Positions 24,479 to 37,771 of a DNA stretch of 64,000 nt are shown piece by piece. A program made the translations under genes and the position numbers. This DNA comes from Octopus sinensis (Eukaryota). The notes under the pieces were generated by a model. That model saw only the letters and a program-made list of their open reading frames with translations, searched no databases and was not told where the DNA came from. Position 1 is the stretch's first letter. Every line of letters starts with the position of its first letter. The DNA is taken from NCBI RefSeq assembly GCF_006345805.1, contig NC_043014.1, positions 34,100,001-34,164,000 on the forward strand, in the 5' to 3' direction.

Positions 24479-24761
24479 CTGACAATTATCCATCATATGT
24501 CATTATTCATTTGATTATAATACACCAAGGGACTTTACGACTTGTCGGACAGCCTAGAGTATACCTACAACGCACTGCTCAAAGTAAAGCGTAACTTGGA
24601 CTACCCCTTAGGCACTAAATACTCATAGGGTTGGTTTTCTTTGTGTACACAACCGAATTATCCTATCTCATATTTCGACTCTCACCAAGCATAGGCCAGA
24701 ACCATAAACATTACCCGACCCTACCTGGTGCATACCTGATTCTGTTGGAATCCTCATCTTA

Positions 24762-25012
24762 CTGAGTGGATTTGGTAGACGGAAACTGAAAGAAGCCCGT
24801 CGTGTGTGCGTGTGTGTGTGTGTGTGTCCCACCACCGCTTGACAACCGGTTTAGGTGTATCTACGTCTCCGTAAGTTAGCAGTTCGGCAAAGGATATCGG
24901 TAGAATAAGTGCTAGTCTTTAAAATAAATAAGTTCTCATGTCAATTTGTTCGACAAAAACACTTCAAGGCAGTGCCTCGGCATGGCCGCAGTCTAATGAC
25001 TGAAACAAGCAA
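24762..25012 (+). mobile_element. SINE family A, 5'-truncated
   Basis: Starts at TGAGTGGATTTGGTAGACGG. Confidence 0.8.
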
Positions 25013-25371
25013 TAGATTTTTTAAAGTATTTAATGAGCATTTTCATAAACTGCTCCTCGAAAATAAATCTTCATGTAATTTGTTAGATAGTTGTTTATGA
25101 ATGCGCCTCCTCAAATTTCAAATAACTCCTACGTATGAAGTTTACAAACATTAAAAATGTTGTATTTAGAGTAACGGCATATTCGTTACGGATCGTTTCG
25201 TTTCGCTTCATTTCCATATTATGAAAAACACATTTTGAAATAATTATGGCATGCATATTATAAATGATAATGGGAAATAGTTTTTTCTGCTGATGAACAA
25301 TAATGTTAAGAAGAGGAACTTAAGTTTTAATCAGAGTGAATATGTTTATTTACAATAATATATATTTTCAT

Positions 25372-25460
25372 GTTTAGTCCCACTGTGTCATTTATTATAG
25401 CCTTGGGCTGACAAAAACGTTGTGAGTGGATTTGGTAGGCGGAAATTGAAAGAATCCCGT

Positions 25461-25497
<37 letters not shown>

Positions 25498-25680
25498 GTG
25501 CGTGTGTGTGTGTGTGCGTGCGCATGTGGTGTGTGTATGAGTGTGGTGTGTGTGTGTGTGTGTTGTGTGTGTGTGAGTGTGGTGTGTGTGGGTGTGTGTC
25601 TTTGTGTATGTGTTTGTCCCCCACCGCCTCATGACAATCGCAACGTAGCGGTTCGGCAACAGAGACCCAACAGAATAAGT
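25372..25680 (+). mobile_element. SINE family A fragment
   Basis: Body landmarks plus (TG)n. Confidence 0.7.
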
Positions 25681-25830
25681 GGTGGATGATTAGAGTCCTT
25701 AATATGTATTGCTTTTCTCTTCTTGGATTTTGGTGGCGGAGTGCTTGTATTTAAATCTATTACATTATCTAGAAGGCTTACTATTTTTTAAGTTTGTATT
25801 TGTTGTAATTTTTAGTCGAACTCCTTAAAT

Positions 25831-26338
25831 CAGGGGTGGGGAAACCCCCGCCTACGGGCACAATTGCTCCCGCAGGCTGGTATACTCGTATGTACAAAAT
25901 ACAGTAAATTTTTCAATTATAAAATTTATACAATATTCGTATGCCTCTTTGCGACATAGGTCGCGTTTCCACAACGACTTAAAACGGTTAGACTCGAACA
26001 AAAAATCGTCCGGCAATTTCCATTTGGATGGAAATTTTATTTTCACAATAAGACACATATTGCTAGGTTTGTACCACCCACTTGAGACCCAACTACACTC
26101 TAGCTGAAAAATATAGAATACCTCATAAGTAATATAAACATCCTAAATTCAATGGCGGCGTTAATGAAAATGTTACGTGTTAATTTAATGTTTTAAACTT
26201 ATCTTTATTAATGTATATCGAATTATACATAGATATATACAAGATTTACACAGATTTAAGAGTTAGAACTTGTGATCCGCCCGCGGATCTTTGTTTGAGA
26301 AATTTTTGGCCGCCGCACTAAAAAGCTTCCCCAGCCTT
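25831..26338. mobile_element. hAT-type MITE, diverged
   Basis: CAGGGGTGGGGAAACC start and AAGCTTCCCCAGCCTT end are imperfect inverted repeats. Confidence 0.5.
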
Positions 26339-27749
26339 ACCTTAAATATACTAGTTAGTGTTTTGCTAATTAGTGTCAGTGCTGTATCCGCTCATATTGC
26401 AGGATCAAGCTAACCCGTCATCTCTGTATATTCCTATATAGAGGATTGTATTCTAGTTTTTGCATGTGTAGTATATATAATACTCTTAAATTACGTTTTT
26501 TTCCTTCGTATCTACGTACGCATGCTTGAAAATAAATATGCATGTATATATACATTTAAAGAAAGACAAAGAGAAACACTGTATTATAGTGATTTGTTTC
26601 TTTCGCTTTCTTTCTCTGTTCCGCTATAATTTTTGAAGAGGATTCTTTGGAGTAGAAAATTTATTAAAGATATATTAAAACTATTTTATTAAAACTGCAT
26701 TGTCATAGCTTTCAAATGTGTGTGTCTGACTCTATGTTTAGGTGTGTCTGTGTTTGTATGTACGTACGTACGTACGTATGTATGTATGTATGTGTGTATG
26801 TATGTATGTATGTATGTATGTATAATTCCCCTGGGGCAGATCTCCATTGCCAGCACTGTGGCATTGTTTCCTAAGTGTGGTTTATTTTTAATCACAGAAG
26901 GATATTGAGTAACCAGAGAATTTATAAATAACAAACAAGAAATATTCTTTTTATAGACAGCGAAAATTAAGAGGTCAGCTATCGACTAAAGAAACATGCA
27001 AATCAGTTTCGTTTTCCCATTGTTTTTCTTCTTTTACATTGCTAATGCCATTGGAATATGACTCCGTAGGGGGCTATATACTTCAACACAAATCTTTCCT
27101 ATGTCTTCATTATTTTCTCTGATTATTCCTCCCTTTCACCATCTCCATCAAAAGCCTTTGTACGCTCGCTAAACCTACTAGTAAATAACAGCCAGATCTC
27201 CTTCTAATCATACCCTGCTATTTCAAAAATAGTGCAGTTTACTTAAGAATAAGACAAGACGGCTAAGGCTAGAAGGCCTTTGATCATAGACCTGTTCAAT
27301 TATTGATAACTTGGGGCTAAACATCAACACACTACCAAAGATCTCAGGTTGAGTGTCTCTGTTAGAAATGATATAACATGTATGTTTCACCACTACCACT
27401 TGGTGGTGGTGGGGTGATGTTAGTGATGGTGATAATGATGATAGTGGTAGTGGTGGTGGTGGTGGTGGTGGTGGTGGCAATAATGTTTTGCAATGAAATT
27501 TCGACTTCTAGTTGATGCGTTTCACTTACCTTGTTCTTTGAGTGTTTTTTTTTTTCTCTTGTGCTCGAGAATGTTGACACCTCTCACGTAACTGGAATGT
27601 GACATACATGAAACTGAAAGCCTCCAAGTGTTTGGCAACGCGACAGTTCTTCGTGAATAAGTGTTCGCTGTTACATGCCTCTCAGAGAATTGTGCCAATG
27701 AAGAAATGGTAAGGAACTGGCGGAACAGTTAGATTAGCTTTCTGAATAA

Positions 27750-27975
27750 TTGCTTCAATTTTTTGGCACAAGGTCAGCTATATTTTTTGTGGGAGGGAAT
27801 AAGTCAATTACACCGACACCAGTATTTGACTGATTTTTTATTTTATCGATCGCAAAAGGATGAAAGGCGCAATTGGCCAAGGCAGAATTAGAACTCAGAA
27901 CGCAAAGGGTTGGCACTAATGCTGTCAAGCATTTTATCCGATGCACCTTACGATTCTGCAAGCTCGCTGCTTTAG
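27750..27975 (-). mobile_element. SINE family B, old copy
   Basis: TTTATCGATCGCAAAGGATGAAAGGC...GAACTCAGAACG. Confidence 0.65.
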
Positions 27976-30900
27976 TTTCTTTGAATAACAAAGAACAATA
28001 CGTCGTATTTTATGGTGCCTGTACGGTTAAGAAGTTCACTTCGTATCTATGCGTTTCCGGATTTGATCCAACCGCTCGGTAGCGTGAGTAAGTGTATTCT
28101 ACCATAGCTTCGGGTCGACCAAAGCATTTTGAGTGAAATTTGCAAGACGGAAAATGACGGAAGCCCGTCGGAGTTAGCGTTCCCGTTTTGCGGATGCTTT
28201 TAGCTGAAACTACTCCATTGCAAGCATACAGGTCAGGTTTTCGGTGTGAGAATAACTTATTCCTTCCTTCCACTGGTCTCGAAGGTCCAAAAATGTCAAG
28301 GGCGCTAACCTTTACTAAGCTATTCAAAAAGTAATGTGGAATAACTATAGTTGTAATTGACAGGGTGAATTAGATTATCGATTAACCAACCGAATAATTC
28401 ACAGTTCGAATTCGCTATATGGTTGCACTACCTGCCAAAAATATCATATTCTATCTTCTTAGAAATTTGGAACGACACGTTGAATGATGTAGACCTATGT
28501 ACACTATGTCTGGAGAAAGAAAAAGCAGACGGACATTTCACGGGTGAAACGTCTTTGCTGGACCAGAGCTGGCCTAAGGCTGAAAAACGAAGAAATATTC
28601 AATTGTATTCCAGCCATTAAATGCGTTATAGAGGTTATCATTAACTACTTTAGACTTCACAGTGATAGCAACAAGTTTACAAAATGAACTAGATGAACTA
28701 CAACTATTACTAAATAAATAACTAAAAACTACAGCCCTACTTCATTCCACGAAAGTAAAAAAATTTGAAGGAAAGTAGTTTATAGGATTGCGTGCACTAA
28801 ATATCAACCCTTAAATTCCGACCTTAATATCAACGCTAAAATTCCGACCTTAATTCAGATTCAAATAGCATTATTGTTTTAAAACATTCTACTGACGGTG
28901 AAACTAAAGACAGTATAGGTAGATAAATAAGCAAACTAATGACTTCCAGATTTTGCTTTGCAGACGACAGTTTCTTGTCTGTACGAACCACACATGTGTG
29001 TTATTAAACTGATATTTATAACATGATACAATTCGAAGCTCGGAAATACTTTTACTTATTCGCATTCTGCACAATTGACATTTTGTCTGGAATTTTTCAG
29101 AAGAAGCAACATGGCCATCTTCGTTTGAGATACAAGAAGTATATCTGGATTATCTAAAATAAACTAATTGAAAGCAGAGTAAGAATCAAGGATCAAGAAT
29201 CTCAAGCTAATCTACGAAAATATCTGGGGAAAAAATTACTTGAAACTGTTTCTTTGTTTCCTTTCATTATCTTTTATGCTGCTTTTTTGTTTATCTTTGT
29301 TTACTGATCACATGATTATCGTTAAATCCCTGCTGACAATCATGTTTTTTGTTTGGGCTGCTTGTTTGTTTGTTTGTTTATTTGTTCGTTTGGATTTTTT
29401 TTTCGGTGAAGGAGGCGTCCAATAGGCAAACCGTTCTATATATCTTTGAATATATACAGGATATCCTGGAGTTGAAGCAAGAAAAAAAATGGCTAAATAA
29501 AATAAACATTTAAAATATGTTACAAATGAATGTAACGAATAGCTAGCAGAATCAATAAGATGTAGGTTAGGAACAGAGAGAGAAAGAGAGAGAGAGAGAG
29601 AGAAATTCCATTGTCTGTGTCTTATGGCAGAACACACGTATTACTCTTCGAAATCTTCCAATAGTACTTTACATTTGAACTAGAATTGGAAGCAGAAGAT
29701 GTACGTGAATGTTGTTTTGCCGTGAGGTAAAGTAGGAAGAAACAGAAAGCATTAAAAATAACATAAGTTTTTTTTCGTATTGCTGATCTAGCGAAATCAG
29801 GACAAACATATACATTTCGAACAATTTATCAAGACATTTTAAGTTACGGATTCTATTTCACAGTAATTATGACTGTGCAAGTAATTCTATACCCATCAAA
29901 CTAAGTAGTTAACTGCGGGTGTAATATCTGAAACCCTTAATTTTTATTTTTTTATTTTTATTTTAAACGTTTATTTTCGTTATTTTAAGTCTTATGTCCC
30001 CTTCAGAAAATGTGAGAATTTAACTCTATAAATACATCATCGGTGCACTTTTTTTTTTTTTTAAATTGGTTCTACGTCTCTCATTCTTATCATTCTTCTC
30101 ACTCAGCAACATTTCCCTGTAACTCCTTCCACTTACTTAAGAAACTGTTCTAATTTACCATCTAATTTATTTTGTTTATCCAATTTATAGCCGACTTTCA
30201 CTTTATTTATATAAGTTATATTGTATACTTTATTTTATTCAATATTATAAGCGGTGGATTAACAGAATAGTTTAGAGCGACGGACAAAATTCTTTGCTAT
30301 ATTTCGTTTCAGCACTTTATGTTAAGCTCGAATTACATTGTGGTCAACTTAGCAACATATTTTCGGGATCAAAATATATAATTATATATAATTATACCAA
30401 TCCAGTTGCTTTAAGACACTATAGTGGTGCCTCCTAGCCACTTTTTCCAATCCAAACAAGAGACTACGGCTGAGAACCTCGAAGATATATTTTTAGTGTT
30501 GCCTAAACGAATGTGGACGTAAAGCCAAACGGCTACAGTATTCCTGTGAAGAGCAGCGATCATTATTAGCTTATCAAAGATGTCACAGCAATCCTACAAG
30601 GTCTGTCGATAAAAGATAACGAACATTATCACTTTTCGTTCGAAATAACCATATTTATTTCTATCAAAATAGTTCCTTCCATTGTTGAGACACTGCTACG
30701 AAGGAGTGAGATGGAGGGAATTCCAGTTATGGAACACGTCCTCAAATGAGTCTTTAGAAGTTGTATGCGGTTCTTGTTGTGAATTTTTCTTCGATCTTTT
30801 CTATCATCTGAAACTGGTGACATCTAAAGGTGAATTTCAACTTTAGGAACAAAAGACAATCCACAGAATCGGACGTCTTGGATGAGAATCATCTTGTGCT

Positions 30901-31099
30901 TCGCTAAGAAGTCTTGCATGATCAGATATTTTGTTGTGATGCAGTATCGTGGTTTTGTTTGTCTTTGTCTTGTCTTTGTCTCAGGCCCAGAAGTTACGAG
31001 AGGGTAACTGCTCAGGCATCTTCATTTCCACTACTCCCTCAAATGCGTCTGGGACATTCAAGTAAAACTTTTTATTGATTGACAATATGGAACAAAATC

Positions 31100-31518
31100 T
31101 TATTTCTTTATTGCCCACAAGGGGCTAAACACAGAAGGGACAAACAAGGACAGACAAAGGGATTAAGTTGATTACATCGACCCCAGTGCGTAACTGGTAC
31201 TTAATTTATTGACCCCGAAAGGATGAAAGGCAAAGTCGACCTCGGCGGAATTTGAACTCAGAACGTAACGGCAGACGAAATACCTATTTCTTTACTACCC
31301 ACAAGGGGCTAAACACAGAGAGGACAAACAAGGACAGACAAATGGATTAAGTCGATTACATCGACCCCAGTGCGTAACTGGTACTTATTTAATCGACCCC
31401 AAAAGGATGAAAGGCAAAGTCGACCTCGGCGGAATTTGAACTCAAAACGTAGCGGGCAGACGAAATACGGCTAAGCATTTCGCCCGACGTGCTAACGTTT
31501 CTGCCTGCTCGACGCCTT
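31100..31518 (-). mobile_element. SINE family B with duplicated body
   Basis: Reverse complement of 3250-3670. Confidence 0.88.
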
Positions 31519-31519
31519 G

Positions 31520-32280
31520 ATAGACGACATCCTTCTAATAAGAATAAGACGAACAACATCACCTTTACATTTGAGCGACTCTGATGTGCTTCTTTTCTTT
31601 CTATCGCTGCGACCACGACCCAACTTTTTTTTTTTTTTTTTTTTGTCACCATAACCATACACCTACGTTTAGGTTATGTCTGTTATGACATTTTGCATGA
31701 AGTGCTCACCAGCATTTGAACAATCAAACCACTCCTAGCTGTTTTATTGTTCCTGCAATACTAGATGACTTCAATTTTTTTTTTTTTAATCTTGACATAC
31801 ACGTTTACAGACGCCTACTTCGTCAAAAACTTCAAGGACAATCAAGCGATGACTTTCAGAGATCACAGACTGTATACTGCAATCTGATCGGCGTCTGCTG
31901 TGGTGGAAGGACCAGATTTGCGGTTGTCTTGGGTGAATGTTGTTCCAAATTTGAAAGGTTAATTCCACTCGTGACATTGTGCGTATTGCAAATAATCCTC
32001 CCCTAAAAATGTCACCGAAAAAACAAAAGAAGTTTTTTTTTTCTCAATTTGAAACAAAATTTCAAATAAAAATGTAACTCGATTATGTCTTTTATAGTTT
32101 AACTTGTGAAAATTTGCAAAATACGTTATATATATATTTCCACTTTGGCACACGAAGATTGATGACTAACTGTTGTGTTTTGATGTGGCTATCATTAGAT
32201 TGAATATCACAGAGCTGTAGTCGCTAGCTAGTTGACGAGCAGTTTTAAAAATCCGGTTTCTTTTTGGACAAACTTCGCAT
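31520..32280 (-). mobile_element. mariner 5' remnant
   Basis: QSRSNVKVMLFVLF motif in ORF 31389-31658; TIR-like CCGGTTTCTTTTTGGACAAACTTCG at ~32253-32278 resembling the TIR at 57186. Confidence 0.6.
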
Positions 32281-32361
32281 TTTAACAGCATTTTTTACAA
32301 GTCTCTCATCTGCTTCACGCAAGTTGAAAAAAGTTGAATTTTATTTTATAAATCAAATATA

Positions 32362-34165
32362 AGATTTTTTCTATTTGGCTGCCAGCATTTCAAACATTAA
32401 AGTTTATCGAAAATTTTAAAATTTGGCACATTAATGTACTTTTCCAAGCTGAATTGCTGAAGTTATTTTACTTTTTCCAGAAAAATGTTTTAAAAAGTTA
32501 TAAAGGCTTAAAGTTTGATCGTTTTCACCCAGTTAGGAAACAGGGTTTGGGAGCTGTCATTTTGTGCGTGACTGCACATTTTCTTGTCAAAATCCTGAAA
32601 ATAGCACGTGTTGTCAATATTTGTATTCTACACGGGGAAAACGAGTAAACAACACTTCTTTTGTAGTTTGAAGCGTTCAATATGTATTTAATGCGATAGC
32701 ACGAACTTAAAAGATTTATCTAAAAACGTTATTTAGCCGTTATTTTTGGCACATCTCACAACCACCTTAAAGACAAAAAAAAACAGAAAGAGTAAACAAC
32801 ACGTCTTTTGTAGTTTTAAGCATTCAATATGTGTTAAATGCGATAAACGACACATTACATCCGATAAGAAGCAACACATTACAAATTAGATATGCTTAAA
32901 AAAAAACATTTAAGCATTACTACGAACAAAAACAAAATAGCGAATTATAAATTAAATATTTTTAAAATTGAAAACGAAAATTAGAAATGCATTCAATCAA
33001 TTTCTTGAACAAATCACAATTTTCATAGTTCCTACGCCACATAAATCCACAGAGATATGAATCTACCATAGAACGGTGAGTTCCACAGCGTCTTGAGCGC
33101 CTCGCTTTACAGAGGGCCGTGTACTCTCCACTTTTTTAGTGTGGGTACCATCTTTCGAGTTAACAAAGCCAGCGTTGTGGTTCACCGTTCTGTGCTCAAA
33201 ATTGTAACCATCAATTTCAGAAATGTGTGAGTACGCCAGCCGTAAATCGCTGAAAATTGTTGTTCCTGGAAGAAACGAGTGACGTATACATTCTTCTAGA
33301 GTGTCACTATTCCGACATAGCACCGCATACAGAAAAACTTGTCTGGTCTCGCGACACTCTCCTCCGAAGACCCACTGCTCAGGTAGGACCCTTCCTCGGT
33401 TGTACTTCTGTCTTGAGAAGACTGTTTCGTCGATTTCAACAATCTTACCAGGACCACCCATTTGAATTGGATGACGGAGCAAGTCCTCCGCACATACTTC
33501 CCTAGCATAGCTGTTATAATCATCCTCAGTTCTTTAACACAAAACCGAAGTGAAGTCAATTCCTTAACCCATGAGTAAAGGAAAAGCACTACAGTCCTAA
33601 AAAGAAAGGTCCCTCCTTCAAACCAAGTGTTTTTACTCACTAACAAAGACTGCATCCATTCTCGGCGCGAGCATCACCAGTACACATTCCCACCACGTCT
33701 TTTTGTAATCATAATATACTTCGTCCTAGTACATAATTTTCTTTTGGGTACAACACTCTTTTCTTGTAGGTACGACACAGCATTCTCCTCTAACTTCAGT
33801 GTTTCCATCATAGACGCGAGGTCACCGGAGCTTGCTGTCATAATCATCTAGGTAGAACAGTAGAACACAGCGTCAACAAGTGGTTTCAGTTTCAATATAT
33901 CTGTCAACACGTGCTTTCTCGCAGACAAAAGAGTTCTCGTGTTCCGCTTGGAAACAGGCATGAATGTGTCTGTGGCTTACGATTGACTAAAATTACCCAA
34001 AATTTTCAAACTTTAATCGCTAATAACTCTTTATTTATTGATTTAAACAAAAATGATTTTAATGACATTCATTAGTCTATAAAACTGTATCTTTACACTG
34101 AATATGAAATTAATTCGAACAGAAATTGATGCTGATTGACGCAGGGAGCCAAACAGAAAAGATCC
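32362..34165 (-). mobile_element. Merlin (IS1016/ISXO2-like) DNA transposon, full length but decayed
   Basis: TIRs AGATTTTTTCTATTTGGCTGCCAGC and reverse complement GGATCTTTTCTGTTTGGCTCCCTGC; exact 8-bp TSD CAAATATA at 32354-32361 and 34166-34173. Confidence 0.88.
32965..33850 (-). pseudogene. Merlin/ISXO2-like transposase, frameshifted
   Basis: GGPGKIVEIDET, KYNRGR, QWVFGG, PGTTIFSD, HRTVNH, HTKKVES motifs in ORF 33063-33482; upstream part in another frame (33296-33655). Confidence 0.88.
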
Positions 34166-34185
34166 CAAATATATAATTTTATCAT

Positions 34186-34225
<40 letters not shown>

Positions 34226-34858
34226 TGCATTCGTGTTCCATTTTAATTCCTCAAAACTATTTCCTTATTTCTATCAGAAGACCAGAGTAGCTCGCATGTA
34301 GCGAGATGTTCGTATTACTTTCTTGTTGTGACCTTGTATTCATATCCTCACCACCCCATTCCTCCACCAAAAATCTCAATGAAATTGAACTAACGACGGC
34401 GCCTCAACGCGATCACACGACCTTCTACGAGTAGCTGCCATGTCTTATCACATCCTGCCGTCATAATTCTTTGAACGTGAAAAGTGGATGTATCCACTCA
34501 AAATTTTTTTACGGTTAACTGCGGAAAGCAATTTTACTGACAGAACTTTGAAAAAATAACTCACTTCTTATGATGAGAGACGATTTTTTCAAATTTCCTA
34601 AATTTTTTTTCTCAAATATTTCCTCAAATATTTCTTTACAGAGCATCTTTAACAAACATCTTTAATGGTGTATATATGCAAAAATTGTAGTTACAGGAGA
34701 TACCGAAAAAATAATGCAGTAGCAGAAAATATCAGTTCTATTATTTGGTGGATAATTAACATCGTTTCAAAAATGACCATGAAAATTTTAATTACATGCA
34801 CAAAGAGTTAAATAAATAACGATACAGAAAACTTTGTTGTCAGAAAGATGGAATAGTC

Positions 34859-35146
34859 GCACGATTGCTGCGAGTGAAAGTGGCCACATGAGCACGCTAT
34901 GAGTTAGCTGCCGAGTTTCAGTGGGAAAAGTAGGGCTCGTGGGGTCGGCAATCCTGGTTTTCCCACTTCATGTGTCATTTTATGTTGTGTTGTAAAATTG
35001 TAATATCATCCGATTTCTTCGATTTTTTCGATTTTGTGTAAATTTTTAAAGATCATTTTTGTGTAATCTCCATTCGTTTCTCATGAGCCCAAATCATGAT
35101 GTATTGTCCAACTCTATGTTAGCCCCTTGTGGGCAATAAAGAAATA
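34859..35146 (+). mobile_element. 5'-truncated retroposon (probable LINE 3' end) sharing the SINE B tail
   Basis: 17-bp TSD AGAAAGATGGAATAGTC (34842-34858, 35147-35163); ends TAGCCCCTTGTGGGCAATAAAGAAATA. Confidence 0.7.
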
Positions 35147-35488
35147 AGAAAGATGGAATAGTCACAACCGGAACGCCTTTAATCATAAAAGTGCTCAATG
35201 CTAAAAAAAACTAAAGAACAATAAGAATTTTCGAAATAAGTGAAGCACTTAGTTGTAAATAATTATAAGAATTCCTGGAATGCTGTAAATTTCAATTGCT
35301 CTGAGAATTAGACTTTAGCCTCCTCTCAGTAAAATAAATTCCACAAACTTATTTTTGATAAAGTGTTACCGTCACAGTCCTTCGCCTGTTTCCTCGGATT
35401 CTGAATTTTGCACGGTAAATGATGCCACTTCAGTAGGCAGTCTACTTCTTCTACAAGAGCTTTGTACTGCAAGATTATAAAAACAAGT

Positions 35489-35900
35489 AAGGCGAGCTGG
35501 CTGTCAGAAACGTTAGCACGCCGGGCGAAATGCTTAGCTGTATTTCGTCTGCCGTTACGTTCTGAGTTCAAGTTCCGCCGAGGTCGACTTTGCCTTTCAT
35601 CCTTTCGGGGTCGATTAAATAAGTACCAGTTACGCACTGGGGTCGATATAATCGACTTAATCCGTGTGTCTGTCCTTGTTTGTCCTCTCTGTGTTTAGCC
35701 CCTTGTGGGTAGTAAAGAAATAGGTATTTCGTCTGGTTCTGAGTTCAAATTCCACCGAGGTTGACTTTGCCTTTCATCCTTTCGGGGTCGATAAATTAAG
35801 TACCAGTTACACACTGGGTCGATATAATCGACTTAATCCGTTTGTCTGTCCTTGTTTGTCCTCTCTATGTTTAGCCCCTTGTGGGCAATAAAGAAATAAG
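35489..35900 (+). mobile_element. SINE family B with duplicated body
   Basis: Matches 3250-3670. Confidence 0.88.
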
Positions 35901-36249
35901 AATATCTCGCAGTTTTTGTTTCGACCTTTTACGCTGAGAGTTCAATTCCCGCAGACGTCAACTTTTCCTTTCATTCTTTCGAGAACAGTAAATAAAGAAC
36001 CTGTCCAAGGTTGTAATACTGGAAAAGGAGTGGGAGGAGTGATCTAATCCTTCTTCTAACTCAGATTCAGCTTCGTCGCATAACGGTGATCCTCCACCGA
36101 TAGAAGTGATACATCGGTTGGTATGCATTGCCATCACGTCAATGAAATATGCAAATCCTGCGCGGAAACGGGGCGATACCTTAGGAAAGAAAACGCAAAC
36201 AGAAATTACTACAAACGGCGATCGGGGCAGGGACCCGATCTCAACTACC

Positions 36250-36434
36250 CCAAGGCATGACTGTGTGGTTGAGAAACTCGCCACGTGCTTTCGGGTTCGG
36301 TCCCACTGCGAGGCAGCATCTTGAGCAAGTGCCTTCCACTATAGACTCGAGCCGACTGATGCCTTGTGAGTGAATTTGGTAGACCGAAACTGTGTGGAAG
36401 CCTGTTGTGTGTGTTTGTGTGTTGTGTGTGTGTG

Positions 36435-36465
<31 letters not shown>

Positions 36466-36627
36466 CGACGGGCTTTCAGTTCCTGTCAACCAAATCCACT
36501 CACAAGGCTTTGGTCAGCCTGAGGCTATAGCAGAAGACACTCACCCATGGTGCCACGCAGTGGGACTGAACCCGGAACCATGTGGTTGGTAAGCAAGCTA
36601 CTTACCACACAGCCACTCCTACGCCTA
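36250..36627. mobile_element. Two SINE A 5' halves in opposite orientation around (TG)n
   Basis: Plus copy 36250-36405, minus copy 36462-36627. Confidence 0.75.
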
Positions 36628-36813
36628 CTTCATAGGTATTTATTTTCTCCGTCCCAGAAAGTTGGAAAGGTAAGTCAGTCTAGGAGGAATTTGGACTTAC
36701 GACATCAAAAGACGAAACTAAATACCACAAACCATTTTGTTCCTTTGTTCTGTTAATTCTATCCTCCACGGTAGTCAACTTAACCATTTACCTATACAAC
36801 TGAGTTACTGGAT

Positions 36814-36844
<31 letters not shown>

Positions 36845-36847
<3 letters not shown>

Positions 36848-37236
36848 AGCGAGCGAAGCGGCGGTCTTCGTCCCAGAGCTCGCAAGATCGCGCCTCTGTA
36901 GTGGGAGAAGTCCGAAACGTGGTCCTTTGCTATTCGTAAGACCCGCAGAAGAGAAAGCAGGTCAACCCCCGACACCGAGAGCATCGACGGGTGGATGAAT
37001 GTGCATCCAGGCTCAGCCGTTGCGTAGGAAGCTGGGGATAAGAAACAGGAAGAAAGAGTGAGAGAAAGTTGGAGCGAAAGAGTACAACAGGGGTCGCCAC
37101 CACCCGCTGCCGGAGCCTCGTGGAGCTTTAGGTGTTTTCGTTCAATAAACACACACAACGCCCGGTCTGGGAATCGAAACCGCAATCCTCCGACCGCGAG
37201 TCCGCTGCCCTAACCACTGGGCCATTGCGCCTCCAC
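36845..37236 (-). mobile_element. tRNA-Arg-like SINE, family C, full length
   Basis: Minus strand GTGGAGGCGCAATGGCCCAGTGGTTAGGGCAGCGGACTCGCGG...GGTTTCGATTCC (A/B boxes, TCG at the anticodon position); inserted in (CTG)n; resembles the octopus OR SINEs. Confidence 0.8.
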
Positions 37237-37324
37237 TGCTGCTGCTGATGATGATGATGATGACGTTGACGACGACGACGATAATGATGATGATGATGTT
37301 GCTGTTGTTATTTAGCCATAGACT

Positions 37325-37490
37325 AAATATATTTCTTTATTGCCCACAGGGGGTTAAACATAGAGGCGACAAACAATGTCAGACAAAGGAATTAAGTCGC
37401 TTACATCGACTCCAGTGCATAATTGGTACTTATTTAATCGACCCCGAAAGGATGAAAGGCAAAGTTGACCTCGGTAGAATTTGAACTCAA
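37325..37490 (-). mobile_element. SINE family B, 5'-truncated
   Basis: Reverse-complement tail and Nin-like body. Confidence 0.8.
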
Positions 37491-37771
37491 TGACCAAAAA
37501 GATTAATTCGATGTTATCCTGACCTTAAAAAAATTATAAATCAAGCACCACATTATCTATTGTGTCATGAGGAGGACTTAAGCTGCTGTTTCTAGCTGTT
37601 GGCATGACCACTTAAAGGCTTTTTCGTTCGTTATAGTGGCTTTGATTTAGTTCACTATTGGATGTGGATAAGGGTTTGCCTCAACTTGGCTCGCTTCACA
37701 ACATCAGTGGGGTGCTAGAGATAACTGTTGAATACATTGGAAAAATACGTCTGACGAAGACCATCATTTTA

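Noticed and set aside
30420-31060. GC-richer stretch that might be a decayed transposase or exon
   Set aside because: No motif I could identify in any frame
33063-33482. Bacterial IS1595 contamination
   Set aside because: Embedded in host repeats with TIRs, TSD and neutral decay, as expected for eukaryotic Merlin
35958-36284. Possible exon (DEAESELEEGLDHSS) with octamer ATGCAAAT nearby
   Set aside because: The ORF starts inside a SINE, splice signals are weak and no homology is recognised
37160-37236. tRNA-Arg gene
   Set aside because: Acceptor and anticodon stems do not pair properly and the sequence continues into a SINE body
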